A stretch of DNA of 35,663 nucleotides, from IMG/VR virus record IMGVR_UViG_3300048998_000032, positions 1 through 35,663 of that record; one strand, given 5' to 3'. The DNA is from a virus. Lineage: Duplodnaviria; Caudoviricetes. Below are positions 25,016 through 33,781 of this stretch, piece by piece (positions within the stretch are counted from its first letter, which is position 1; every line of letters starts with the position of its first letter). Made by a program: the position numbers and the translations under genes. The notes below the pieces were generated by a model, which ran no database searches, had not been told where the DNA came from, and was given only the letters and a program-made list of their open reading frames with translations.

Positions 25016-25230
25016 TGTCTACCCTCTTCACGCGAATGCTCGCTGAGAACGTCATCGTTTCGTATCTCTACGCCGGTGTTCTGTTCCTGATCGCCAACTG
25101 GACTGGCGACATCGAGGTTAGTCTGGGCAAGGGTGCCCTGCTCGCTGGTATCCCCGCCGCTCTTGCCGTTATCAAGGGCGCTCTCGCTAGCCGGGTCGGC
25201 TCCACCGACTCGCCCCAGTTCACGGAGTAA
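25015..25230 (+). CDS. putative holin-like protein, 2 TM segments, 71 aa
   Basis: start moved to ATG 25015 (TAATG); AALAVIKG.LA..VG..DSP C-terminus resembles actinophage holins. Confidence 0.7.
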   Translation: MSTLFTRMLAENVIVSYLYAGVLFLIANWTGDIEVSLGKGALLAGIPAALAVIKGALASRVGSTDSPQFTE

Positions 25231-25232
25231 TA

Positions 25233-25535
25233 TTGCCTAGGGTCAAGCGCGGCTCTCACTGTCGTGAGGGCTGCGCCACCCGCAGCCATTCCTCGTACAT
25301 TGAATGCATGAGGGATGCTAGCATCCGGGTGGCATACACGAACTCAGCCAACGGCTGGGACAAGTCCAAGGAAGACCGCTGGACTAAAGAGAACGATCGG
25401 TACTCTGACATGCTGAAGTCTGGCATCGAGCCCGAGGGCACGACCAATGCCCAGATGGACAAGACCATGCGGAAGCATGAGAAGGCACACGCTCTGTCTA
25501 CCGCTGTAGCCAAGGGCGACTTCGACGTTAACTAG
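25233..25535 (+). CDS. hypothetical protein, 100 aa, Cys/His cluster
   Basis: GGAG RBS, TTG start; CREGCATRSHSSYIEC possible metal site. Confidence 0.7.
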   Translation: MPRVKRGSHCREGCATRSHSSYIECMRDASIRVAYTNSANGWDKSKEDRWTKENDRYSDMLKSGIEPEGTTNAQMDKTMRKHEKAHALSTAVAKGDFDVN

Positions 25536-25543
25536 GAGGGGCA

Positions 25544-26446
25544 GTGGCCTACCCGTCAGGTGATACCTTCGGGTCAATGATCACAGAGGTGATCGACAGC
25601 CTGCAAGGTTTCGGTACCAGCAACGACCAGGTATGCACTCTGACGAGCGCACTGTCCACCGCAGGTACGACGTTTCAGGTGGACGACACCAACGACATCG
25701 GTCGAGGGATCATCGAGATCGACGGCGAGATCATGTATGTCGCCAGCACAGACAATGGAAACGTGTACCTCACGCCCTGGGGGCGTGGATACAAGGGGAC
25801 CGTTAAGACTACGCACAACGCCGGTACGCCGGTGTGGATCAGTCCTACCTGGCCCCGGTCTATCGTTGGCCGCGAGATCAACAACATGGTCAAGGCCCTG
25901 TACCCCCAGCTCTTTGCTGTAGGACAGACTGAGTTCTCTGCCAGTATGTCTAACACATACCAGTATGAGATGCCCATTGACGTTGAGCGCGTGCTCAGCG
26001 TTCAGTGGAAGTGGGGTGGCTACCCCAACTATGAAACCGTGAAGGCGTGGGAGCTGGACTATGCCAGCAATCGCACCGACTACAACACGGGTAAGTCTAT
26101 CATCATCGGCGATCCGATTCCCGCAGCCGCAAGGCTGACGGTTACCTACGCAAAGTCTCCCAGCATTATGACCAACGAGTCCGACTCGTTCGCTGCTACG
26201 ACTGGTCTGCCCGCGAGCACGCGGGATGTGGTGATCCTCGGCGTTGCGCAGAGGCTCATTCCCTGGCAGGACACTGCGCGTCTGCCAGTTCAGACCGTGC
26301 CCACCGATATGGTGGACAGCCTCAAGCCGGTGGGCAATGCCCAGTCCAATGCTCAGTACATCCGAGCGCTCTACAGCGCACGGCTGCTCGAAGAGATTCG
26401 CAACCAGCAGTCCAAGTACCCGACTCGTGCCCACAAGGTGAGGTAA
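25544..26446 (+). CDS. putative head-tail adaptor (tail tubular protein A-like)
   Basis: AGGAGG RBS; IEIDGE/RGY.GT...H..G motif then YQYEMP...VLSV and helical C-terminus; position before fibre and nozzle genes. Confidence 0.6.
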   Translation: MAYPSGDTFGSMITEVIDSLQGFGTSNDQVCTLTSALSTAGTTFQVDDTNDIGRGIIEIDGEIMYVASTDNGNVYLTPWGRGYKGTVKTTHNAGTPVWISPTWPRSIVGREINNMVKALYPQLFAVGQTEFSASMSNTYQYEMPIDVERVLSVQWKWGGYPNYETVKAWELDYASNRTDYNTGKSIIIGDPIPAAARLTVTYAKSPSIMTNESDSFAATTGLPASTRDVVILGVAQRLIPWQDTARLPVQTVPTDMVDSLKPVGNAQSNAQYIRALYSARLLEEIRNQQSKYPTRAHKVR

Positions 26447-27519
26447 TGGCTAACCGCAACTACTCTAGCGTTGCTCGCGCTGTCACCATCACCGCAAGCG
26501 TGAGCGGTTCAAGCGTCAGCATCCCCGTGTCTGAGACGACCGGCTTTCCCTCCGTGCCGTACACCCTGGTCCTAGACCCTGGACGTACTGCTGAAGAGGT
26601 TATCACCGTCACTGCACAGGTTGGGCTCACCCTCACCGTTGCACGCGGCCAGGACGGCACTACGGCCGTCCCACATGATGCCGGTGCTACGGCCCGGCAC
26701 ATGGCTACCGCTCGGGACTTCCGGGATGCGGGCGATCACATCGCCCTGACCAACGGTGTCCACGGCGTGACCGGCTCTGTCGTCGGTGACATCGACGGGC
26801 AGGTGCTTGACAATAAGACCTTCAGTCCTCTCGGGACTGACCATACTGCTATTCAGATCAGGCAGGGCGTGTCGCAGACAGCGCCACTCCTCGTGTTCCA
26901 GGAGCCGGGCGGAACGCCCGTTCTCTCCTACACGAACAACGGTGGAGTTGTTATCCAGGGTACGCAGACCCTCCGGCCTGCTATCGCTGGTGCTACGCCG
27001 CTGACGGTTCAGGGTGTCAGTGGTCAGACCTCACCGCTCCTGGCCCTTCGGGACCAGGCTGGTGGTAGCCTATCATACATTGACGCTGCTGGCAAGTTCT
27101 ATGGGAACGTGCAGGGAAGTGTAACCGGTGACATCAGTGCCACCAACGTAACTACCACGAACCTTACGGCAACCAATGCCACGTTGTCAAGCCTTGCGCC
27201 AATCCTCGGAAGGGTTCCGTTTAAGATCCGAGTCGGATCTGTTCCTGCTGCAATCCTGCCAGGCACTACGTCGATTGTCGTTACGGAAGACCTGTCGTCC
27301 ACTGGGTTCACTCAGAACCCGTATGTGATTGCGACCATCTCCACGAATGAGACTGACGCCGACGCCAGGCGCGTCGGGGTTGAGCACCTCGTGCTGTCCG
27401 GTACTAGCAGCGTGCAGTTCAGGGCGTTCCAGACTGCCGGAGTTGCACTCGGAACTACGGGCAACTACTCCATCCAGTACATCGCTATTCAGATGTCCTC
27501 TTCCACCTCTGCGGGGTAA
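26446..27519 (+). CDS. tail fibre protein
   Basis: N-terminal RGQDGT.A..H.AGA...H anchor, HGVTGSVVG..D.Q.L.NKT, duplicated QGVS.QT.PLL module, beta-rich C-terminus. Confidence 0.7.
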   Translation: MANRNYSSVARAVTITASVSGSSVSIPVSETTGFPSVPYTLVLDPGRTAEEVITVTAQVGLTLTVARGQDGTTAVPHDAGATARHMATARDFRDAGDHIALTNGVHGVTGSVVGDIDGQVLDNKTFSPLGTDHTAIQIRQGVSQTAPLLVFQEPGGTPVLSYTNNGGVVIQGTQTLRPAIAGATPLTVQGVSGQTSPLLALRDQAGGSLSYIDAAGKFYGNVQGSVTGDISATNVTTTNLTATNATLSSLAPILGRVPFKIRVGSVPAAILPGTTSIVVTEDLSSTGFTQNPYVIATISTNETDADARRVGVEHLVLSGTSSVQFRAFQTAGVALGTTGNYSIQYIAIQMSSSTSAG

Positions 27520-27521
27520 CA

Positions 27522-29429
27522 ATGGCAGGTAGCTTCCTAGAGTCTGCCGTTCCTGACATCACAGAGTCGATCCCTACCCACATCTCGGCGCGCGTCGGCG
27601 CTCCGATCTATGTGGCGAAGGGGATTAAGGCTGATGTTGCCATTGCTGAACTCGCGTTCAGGTATGCCATCAGCGACTCTCTGCCGTACGTCAGGCAGAC
27701 CGCAGACTTCAGGCGTACACAGATCGACACCAGCACCGAACCAGGCGAGCAGACGCTCGCACAGTGGTGGGTGCGTGACCAGGATTCTTGGCACAAGGGT
27801 GCTGGCATTAACTACTACGAGCCCGGCTCGGACAGTGGCATCACCCGGTATCGCTACGCTAGTAGCTACGGTGTCGATGTCTGGACGCAGGGCGAGGCTA
27901 AGCTACTGCATCGCATGATGCAGGTAGAGACCAACACTGCTCCTCAGTATGCCACCAGTGCCATCATCGGTGGAGTGAACAACGTCATCGGCAACGAAGG
28001 CGGTCAGGTTTTCAGGACTGACGGCGACAACCGCACCAACTTCACCGGTGCAGCAGGGGTCGGTGAGCCCGTTATGGCGGGCTCTCGCATCCTCGTTGGT
28101 ACATCCACTGGCATCGCCTCTGGCGTAGCCTCAGGGACCACCCTGGCGGCTCTCTGGACGGGTGCTGCTGGTGTCGTCCGGCCGTGGTGGGTTAAGTCCC
28201 GCATCATTGCAGCCGTTGGCCCCTCGCTCTACGAGCTGAGTATGGTTGGCGGTACGTGGCCGACTACGCCACTGTATACCCATCCCGATCCTCTGTGGAC
28301 GTGGAGCGGTGTGGCCGAAGCGCCAGAGGCTATCATCGCATCGGGCTACTCTAGCGGATACGGCTACATCTACCGGTTCACTCTGGACTCATCTGGTACT
28401 GGCACGCCCACTCTGGGCGCTGCTAGCCAGGTTGCCGACTTTCCTCCGGGTGAAGAGGTTCGCTCTATCAAGGGCTACCTCTCCGCCTACCTGGCGATCG
28501 GGACCACTCGTGGTCTCCGTATCGGCATCCTTGATACCGATGGTTCCTTCCGGTATGGGCCTCTGCTCTTTGAGACCACACATCCCGTTGCTGCCCTCGG
28601 AGCCAGGGACTCCTTCATCTACGCTGGTGTTCAGGGCGATATCAACGGGAGAAGCGGGTGTGCCCGCGTGGACCTGTCAACTACGACAGACGACACGGGC
28701 CTGCGCTTTGCTTGGGCCTACGACGTTGCAGTCCCTGACGCCCCGCTGATCAATTCGGTGACGTTCCTCGGAACGACCGAAGGTGTTGTCCTTGCCACCG
28801 CTAACGCTGGTGTCTGGGCTCAAGACCCGGACCAGTACGAACCGGATGGTGTCCTTCTGTCTGGCCGTATCAGATACGGCACGCTTGAGGATAAGGCATT
28901 CAACCGGCTAAAGGTCCGAGCCGACATAACCGGTACCAGCTCGATCGACCTGGTAACAGTTAACTCGTCGGAGAACGAGGAGTTCATCATCGGTCTCGGT
29001 GGATCATGGGACGACTCGCAGGACATTACCCTCAAGAGCATTGCCGACGTGGGCTCTAGCCATGCGAGTATCAAGCTCGTACTTCACTCTAGCACAGACG
29101 GTACAGCTACGCCAGTGCTTCAGGGATTCCAGCTTAAGGCTACGCCACTCCCGCGTATCCAGCGGACCATCACCCTCCCACTCATCCTCAATGATATTGA
29201 GGAGGATGGGAATGGCAACAAGTCCGGACGGTACGGGATGGCCTATGAGCGCCTCGCCGCTCTCGAAGATCTTGAGCAGAGCAAGAGCGTGGTTCTCGTC
29301 CAGGATTTCACCTCGGGCGAAGCCTTTGCTGCTCAGGTGAGAACTATCCAGTTCCAACGGAACACTCCCGTCTCTAGGAATCGGAAGAACTGGGGCGGTG
29401 TGGTTCAGGTCGAGGTGCTTAAGCTGTAA
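27522..29429 (+). CDS. putative tail nozzle protein (beta-propeller-like)
   Basis: 635 aa, beta-rich; PGEQTL..WW.R.Q.SWH.GAG N-terminus; last gene of the virion operon. Confidence 0.6.
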   Translation: MAGSFLESAVPDITESIPTHISARVGAPIYVAKGIKADVAIAELAFRYAISDSLPYVRQTADFRRTQIDTSTEPGEQTLAQWWVRDQDSWHKGAGINYYEPGSDSGITRYRYASSYGVDVWTQGEAKLLHRMMQVETNTAPQYATSAIIGGVNNVIGNEGGQVFRTDGDNRTNFTGAAGVGEPVMAGSRILVGTSTGIASGVASGTTLAALWTGAAGVVRPWWVKSRIIAAVGPSLYELSMVGGTWPTTPLYTHPDPLWTWSGVAEAPEAIIASGYSSGYGYIYRFTLDSSGTGTPTLGAASQVADFPPGEEVRSIKGYLSAYLAIGTTRGLRIGILDTDGSFRYGPLLFETTHPVAALGARDSFIYAGVQGDINGRSGCARVDLSTTTDDTGLRFAWAYDVAVPDAPLINSVTFLGTTEGVVLATANAGVWAQDPDQYEPDGVLLSGRIRYGTLEDKAFNRLKVRADITGTSSIDLVTVNSSENEEFIIGLGGSWDDSQDITLKSIADVGSSHASIKLVLHSSTDGTATPVLQGFQLKATPLPRIQRTITLPLILNDIEEDGNGNKSGRYGMAYERLAALEDLEQSKSVVLVQDFTSGEAFAAQVRTIQFQRNTPVSRNRKNWGGVVQVEVLKL

Positions 29430-29800
29430 CCGTCGATCACCTGGATGTCGGCTCGTTTAGCCATGAGCATACACCCGAGCGTCCCCTTGTTTCGGCTTCC
29501 CGGCTTCGGGAAGGCTAACACCAGGTCGGGCCTGGTGTCAACCATCTCCTGATTGCGGATGGGTCCTGCGGCTTTGTCGTACAGATCCCACCGGGCAATG
29601 CGCATGTCGTATTCGAGACCTGCTTCGTCAGCCATCTGACGCAGTGCCCAGTCGGCCCCGGTGGGGCAGTCGCCCACGATGAACGATACGGCAACCTCGG
29701 GTTGCTCGGTGCGTAGCACATGAAAGAGGGCACGTGTCACCATGTTGATGGTGGACTGGTCATTCGGCCACTCTCGTGACCCCGTGATGAGGATCTTCAC
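29405..29800 (-). CDS. SLOG-superfamily (YspA/DUF2493-like) protein
   Basis: ILITGSREW, VGDCPTGAD, AAGPIRNQEMV, LVLAF, GT..C...A; start moved to GTG 29800 (GTGA overlap). Confidence 0.85.
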   Translation of the reverse strand: MKILITGSREWPNDQSTINMVTRALFHVLRTEQPEVAVSFIVGDCPTGADWALRQMADEAGLEYDMRIARWDLYDKAAGPIRNQEMVDTRPDLVLAFPKPGSRNKGTLGCMLMAKRADIQVIDGYSLSTST

Positions 29801-30174
29801 AGTCTCGGCTTTCCGCAGACGCAAGTACCCTTCTCGCCACCGGGAAACGGTGGGCGAGATTCGGTCTGAAGATTGCCCCTGGCATCCCAGACGGCAGTCT
29901 CAACGACCCGCTCTCGGCGGGGCTCAGCGCCCCAGCGAGGGACGTTGGTGTAGATGTCCGCCTGCTGGGCGATCCGGTCGGTGGCGACCCTCATGCTCTC
30001 CCTGAGCCCATCCATGTAGCGATCCATGGCTACGGGGCGAGTGGGCGGTGTGGCTCGTTCTCTCTGTGATTGGGCATCTCCCCGACACTGGCCCGGCGGG
30101 AGGGCACAGAACCTACAGTGCACATTACCTCCGCCCGAACATTGACACTCCTGATAGGCGTGACCTACTGGCAT
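29797..30174 (-). CDS. hypothetical Cys-containing protein (start uncertain: 30174 or GTG 30123)
   Basis: stop coupled to the SLOG gene; AGGAGG upstream of ATG 30174. Confidence 0.5.
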   Translation of the reverse strand: MPVGHAYQECQCSGGGNVHCRFCALPPGQCRGDAQSQRERATPPTRPVAMDRYMDGLRESMRVATDRIAQQADIYTNVPRWGAEPRRERVVETAVWDARGNLQTESRPPFPGGEKGTCVCGKPRL

Positions 30175-30598
30175 GGTTCCCTCCTGGTATAAACGAATCG
30201 TTGACGTTGGTATGACCGGTCCCGACGTTGATATAGTCCGGCGTAAGCTCGGGCTTGGTCCCGGTCCCTATGATAGCACAACCGAAAGGATGGTGGCTAG
30301 CTTGGCCCGGAGTAAAAAGATCGCCAGCAATGGCGAAGTGAATAAGGAAGTTGCCGAGCATCTCGGCCCCTCAGCAGCCGAAGCGGCTGGCCTAGGGCCG
30401 GGTTGGTATACGCGCCCCATCGAACAGATGTTCCAGGAGGGCGAAGATGTACGCGCTCTCCGTGAGCGCCTCGGTCTTGGAGACTACGATAACCGTTTCG
30501 ATGCAGACGCGGAAGCGGCAGTGCGGCGGATTCAGTCCGCCAATGACCTGCCCGTGACTGGGCTGGTCGATGAAGCTACGGCTAGGATTATCGGTTAG
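30173..30598 (+). CDS. stand-alone tandem peptidoglycan-binding domain protein (PG_binding_1-like)
   Basis: two repeats: G..G.DV..(V/L)R..LGL...(Y/F)D..(T/A)E..V...(Q)...L...G.V...(T/V)A..(I/L)G; no catalytic domain. Confidence 0.85.
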   Translation: MVPSWYKRIVDVGMTGPDVDIVRRKLGLGPGPYDSTTERMVASLARSKKIASNGEVNKEVAEHLGPSAAEAAGLGPGWYTRPIEQMFQEGEDVRALRERLGLGDYDNRFDADAEAAVRRIQSANDLPVTGLVDEATARIIG

Positions 30599-30607
30599 TA
30601 TCAGCAG

Positions 30608-30662
30608 AGAGCCCCGGCCCTCAGGTCACAAACCTGAGGTCGCCGGGGCCTTCTACTTGTTA
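30608..30662. terminator. hairpin terminator between convergent genes
   Basis: GCCCCGGC-CCTCAGG..CCTGAGG-GCCGGGGC followed by CTTCTACTTGTT. Confidence 0.7.
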
Positions 30663-30757
30663 TAGGAGCAGCATCTCGCACACCCTCCGGAGGGAGGGAG
30701 GTCCCCGTCGAGCGCACTGACGCGCTCAACTATAACGCCTGGTGCTGCAACACCAGA

Positions 30758-31054
30758 CTACATCTGCTCCCGCCTTGCTCGAATTGCCATGAGCACTTCG
30801 TAGATATCCCCGAGTCTCATGTGTGCTGCCATGTGCTGTTCCTCGTAGTCGTCAATGAGCTGGACGAGGTTCAGCAGCAGAGCCACCTTGTCGGACACCA
30901 TCCCCATTGCAGTGTAGGCATCCAGCGAGACCTGAGCCCAGGTCGCAACACCGATCGTTGCAACGTACGGGACCGACAGGTCTATCTGTGCCTGATGGAT
31001 GACCCGTGACGCCTCCTCCGGATTGCCAATGAGGGGAGGCTCGTTCTCAGCCAT
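30758..31054 (-). CDS. small helical protein, 98 aa
   Basis: start moved to ATG 31054, overlapping the upstream gene end. Confidence 0.65.
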   Translation of the reverse strand: MAENEPPLIGNPEEASRVIHQAQIDLSVPYVATIGVATWAQVSLDAYTAMGMVSDKVALLLNLVQLIDDYEEQHMAAHMRLGDIYEVLMAIRARREQM

Positions 31055-31313
31055 TGCCCAGCACCGCGTCGAGCTTTTGCAGAACCTCGTCGGTGATGTT
31101 CCAATGGATGTTCGCCGTCTCGTACGCCTCCTGAAGCGCATCGAGAGCGGAGTTCAGTTCCTGGTCCTTCTCGTCGCCGGACTCACCGGCTCCGTTGCGG
31201 AAGACGATCAGGTCCTGGACCTGAGCACGGGTGTTGTCGATGAGTGCAGCATACTCCTTGCCCGAGTCCCGGATGCGGGACGACAGGTTGCGGATGTCAT
31301 CTGCGTAGCTCAA
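31047..31313 (-). CDS. small helical (coiled-coil) protein, 88 aa
   Basis: start moved to TTG 31313 (TTGA overlap with the stop of 31310-31654). Confidence 0.7.
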   Translation of the reverse strand: MSYADDIRNLSSRIRDSGKEYAALIDNTRAQVQDLIVFRNGAGESGDEKDQELNSALDALQEAYETANIHWNITDEVLQKLDAVLGNG

Positions 31314-31654
31314 GAGATACCACCCATCTCGGCGACGAACTGCTGGATGGCTTCGATCTTCTGCTTGGTTCCCTCGGCAACCTCGCCCTTGGTCTCCCAT
31401 TCACCGGCGAGCTGAGAGGCGTACTCCTGAGCCTCTCGGATCTCGGTGTCGAGAAGGCGTGCCCGCTCGATGTCGTCCTCGATACCGGTCTGCTGGGCGT
31501 GTCCGCCGAGCTGTTCGGCACCAGCCAGTGCCAGGGACAGGCTGTGCTCAGCAGCCTGAGCTGCCGCCTGTGCCTGCTGAACGAACGTTGCGGTCTCCTC
31601 CACCTTCTCGATGGCCTCGCTGAGCGAGGTGAAGACTTCCTGAATGAACGTCAT
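31310..31654 (-). CDS. A/E/Q-rich helical protein, 114 aa
   Basis: GAGGGAG RBS; heptad pattern. Confidence 0.8.
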   Translation of the reverse strand: MTFIQEVFTSLSEAIEKVEETATFVQQAQAAAQAAEHSLSLALAGAEQLGGHAQQTGIEDDIERARLLDTEIREAQEYASQLAGEWETKGEVAEGTKQKIEAIQQFVAEMGGIS

Positions 31655-31666
31655 TGCTCTCCCTCG

Positions 31667-32167
31667 TTAAGCAGCGGGCGTTGCGCCTCGCTGATTCTGG
31701 TAATGGTTTCCCATGCTGGGATCACCATATGGTACACACCCACCGGTCACGAAGTCAAACGTGACCTGGCAGATCCTCATGCCAGGAGTGAGTTCGATAT
31801 CCCACTCCGAGTGGTTTACCATCTCTAGTGTGATCTGCCCGGAGAATCCCGGGTCGATCAGACCAGCAGTGACGTGCACCGCCAGGCCACGACGGCCTAG
31901 CGTACTCTTCCCGTGGACAGTTGCAGCGACCTCGGGTGAGAGGGTCACCACCTCAGTGGTGTGACCCAGCAGAAACTCGCCGGGCTTGATCCAGTAGTTG
32001 ATGGCATTTGTCGGACGGTAGAAGCCGACTGCGAACTCAGACCCGAGCGTCAGTTCATAACTGACGGGCTGTAGATACGGAGCCTCTCCTGTAAGCAGTG
32101 GGGGCGAACCCTCGATCTTGATTCGCCCTTGCTCCATCTGCTCCTCGATCATATGACTACCGAACAT
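31667..32167 (-). CDS. dcd: dCTP deaminase
   Basis: LQPVSYELTLG, GKSTLGRRGL, TAGLIDPGFSGQITLE, GMRICQ, YQNQRG. Confidence 0.93.
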   Translation of the reverse strand: MFGSHMIEEQMEQGRIKIEGSPPLLTGEAPYLQPVSYELTLGSEFAVGFYRPTNAINYWIKPGEFLLGHTTEVVTLSPEVAATVHGKSTLGRRGLAVHVTAGLIDPGFSGQITLEMVNHSEWDIELTPGMRICQVTFDFVTGGCVPYGDPSMGNHYQNQRGATPAA

Positions 32168-32336
32168 CGTGCAGCTCCCGGATCAGGTCGTCGATGACTT
32201 CGGTGGCGCCTTCCATGCCAGTGTCCCAGCCGTCACCGAATCTGTCGGTAGCCTGGAAATTCTGGATCTTGACGAGGATGCGGCGCTTGGCTTCCTCAAG
32301 TCCAGCAACCACGACATCAACGTATGGACTGCTCAA
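32157..32336 (-). CDS. small hypothetical protein, 59 aa
   Basis: start moved to TTG 32336, just after the stop of 32339-32524. Confidence 0.6.
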   Translation of the reverse strand: MSSPYVDVVVAGLEEAKRRILVKIQNFQATDRFGDGWDTGMEGATEVIDDLIRELHDVR

Positions 32337-32338
32337 AC

Positions 32339-32524
32339 CTACCACTGATCCTTGCCAGCGGCGGCCTGGTCCCACCCGAGGAGCCACATCTTCTCGTCGG
32401 AAGTCCTCTTCAGAAGACCGGACTTGTCACGGGCAACGCCGTTCTTGTGGGCACGCAGGCCCTCGACGTACATCTCCTTGGACCGGCCAGTGAAGCTGTT
32501 GCGGTTGATCTTACCCTTCGGCAT
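32339..32524 (-). CDS. Rmf/CrpP-like small protein
   Basis: Y.EG..A...G..RD........W..GW..A pattern resembles ribosome modulation factor; the CPY motif is absent. Confidence 0.55.
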   Translation of the reverse strand: MPKGKINRNSFTGRSKEMYVEGLRAHKNGVARDKSGLLKRTSDEKMWLLGWDQAAAGKDQW

Positions 32525-33206
32525 TGTTCCCCTTCGGTCGGTTGTCGTTCTCGATCAGGACCTTGAACATCGTGCGTCCTGCTGTATGGAATCCTACCAC
32601 ACCTTCGGGCTTGTCGAAACCCGGAGCAGCGAAGGACTTGCCTCCGTTGACCTTGAACATATTCAGGGCCATGGTTTCATTGAAGCCAGTGGTTGAACCC
32701 AGGCGGGGCACGACACCAAGACCAATGTCCGGGATGAGCGCTCCGCTCTCGGAGGCGAGCCATCCCCAGCGGTCAACATTGAACAGGCTGAACCGTCTGT
32801 GATCCAGGCCATAGTTCCGCTGGATACCACGACCCCACCACTCACCATAGTGCAGGCCAGGGCCGAGCACGTCAGCCAGGGTCATGGCGTTCTCTTTGAC
32901 CCACGAGGCGAAGCCGAAGTTGTCGGCTTTCGTGGTGAGCCATCGGTTGCGGCTACCGGCACGAACCCAGTATTCGTACTTGGGATCGAGGGTATCTTCA
33001 TCCACCTCCGTGGACGGAGGGATCACCACGGTGATGCCCTCTTTCTCCTCCCAGTCGGCGATGTCGTTGACGCCAGTAGCCATACCGAAGGGCTGCTCCT
33101 CAACGGAGACCATGCCATTGGTGCCGTCGATCTTCTCCGTCCAGATGACCTCTCGGTTCAGCCGGGGGATCTTTCCGAAGGCTGGGTATTCACCAGATTC
33201 CATCAT
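32511..33206 (-). CDS. RNA ligase (nucleotidyltransferase domain, Rnl2-like)
   Basis: motif I TEKIDGTN, GSRNR, motif III YGEWWG, IIIa FSLFN, IV PEGVV, V FKV; start moved to ATG 33206 after AGGAG. Confidence 0.88.
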   Translation of the reverse strand: MMESGEYPAFGKIPRLNREVIWTEKIDGTNGMVSVEEQPFGMATGVNDIADWEEKEGITVVIPPSTEVDEDTLDPKYEYWVRAGSRNRWLTTKADNFGFASWVKENAMTLADVLGPGLHYGEWWGRGIQRNYGLDHRRFSLFNVDRWGWLASESGALIPDIGLGVVPRLGSTTGFNETMALNMFKVNGGKSFAAPGFDKPEGVVGFHTAGRTMFKVLIENDNRPKGNNAEG

Positions 33207-33552
33207 TCGGGTTGTCTCCTTTGTCGGGGTTGATGTCCTTCTGGTATCCGAGCTGTTCGTAGTCGCTGATCTGTCGTCGGAAGTCAACGACTTCCTTGGA
33301 TCGGTCAACCTTCGAGAGAGAACCGTCGGGGTTCTCAACGATAGACGTACCGCCACCCTCCTTGATCTTCTCTCGGGTGACCTCGGTCAGCTCGGCGGTC
33401 TTCTCCGCCACTGTGGCGGTGACCTTGTTCGTGTAGTGCAGCGCTTCCGCTGCAACCTTGGTGCGCATGTTGCTACCAACAGCATACAGCACACTGGCAC
33501 TTGCCGCAATCCCTGTCCCGCCTCCGGCGAGGACAGCAGTGATGAACTCCAT
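33190..33552 (-). CDS. membrane-anchored hypothetical protein, 120 aa
   Basis: start moved to ATG 33552 after GGGAG; hydrophobic N-terminus. Confidence 0.7.
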   Translation of the reverse strand: MEFITAVLAGGGTGIAASASVLYAVGSNMRTKVAAEALHYTNKVTATVAEKTAELTEVTREKIKEGGGTSIVENPDGSLSKVDRSKEVVDFRRQISDYEQLGYQKDINPDKGDNPNDGIW

Positions 33553-33659
33553 CTTACTCCCTCTCTCTAGTCGCTCGCTAGCGCCTCCGCGCTCGCTCTC
33601 CCTGTGTGTGGCAGCCTTCAGGGCTGCCCTCCTCACTCGCTTCGCTCGTATTGTACCTT

Positions 33660-33688
33660 ACGTTAGCATGGCGGCGAACGCCATGCAA
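33660..33688 (-). promoter_or_regulatory. leftward promoter TTGCAT-N17-TAACGT with palindromic spacer
   Basis: same TTGCAT -35 as the left-arm elements; GCATGGCG/CGCCATGC inverted repeat. Confidence 0.6.
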
Positions 33689-33766
33689 GTCACTCTCATC
33701 TGGACACCGCTGAACGGTGTCCCCGTGCGAGCGAAATTCTGAAGGCGAGCACACTGTACTCGGCTG

Positions 33767-33781
33767 TGCTACACTGCAACT
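33767..33781 (+). promoter_or_regulatory. extended -10 promoter TGnTACACT giving a probably leaderless mRNA
   Basis: TACACT at 33770-33775, six nt before ATG 33782; no SD. Confidence 0.6.
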
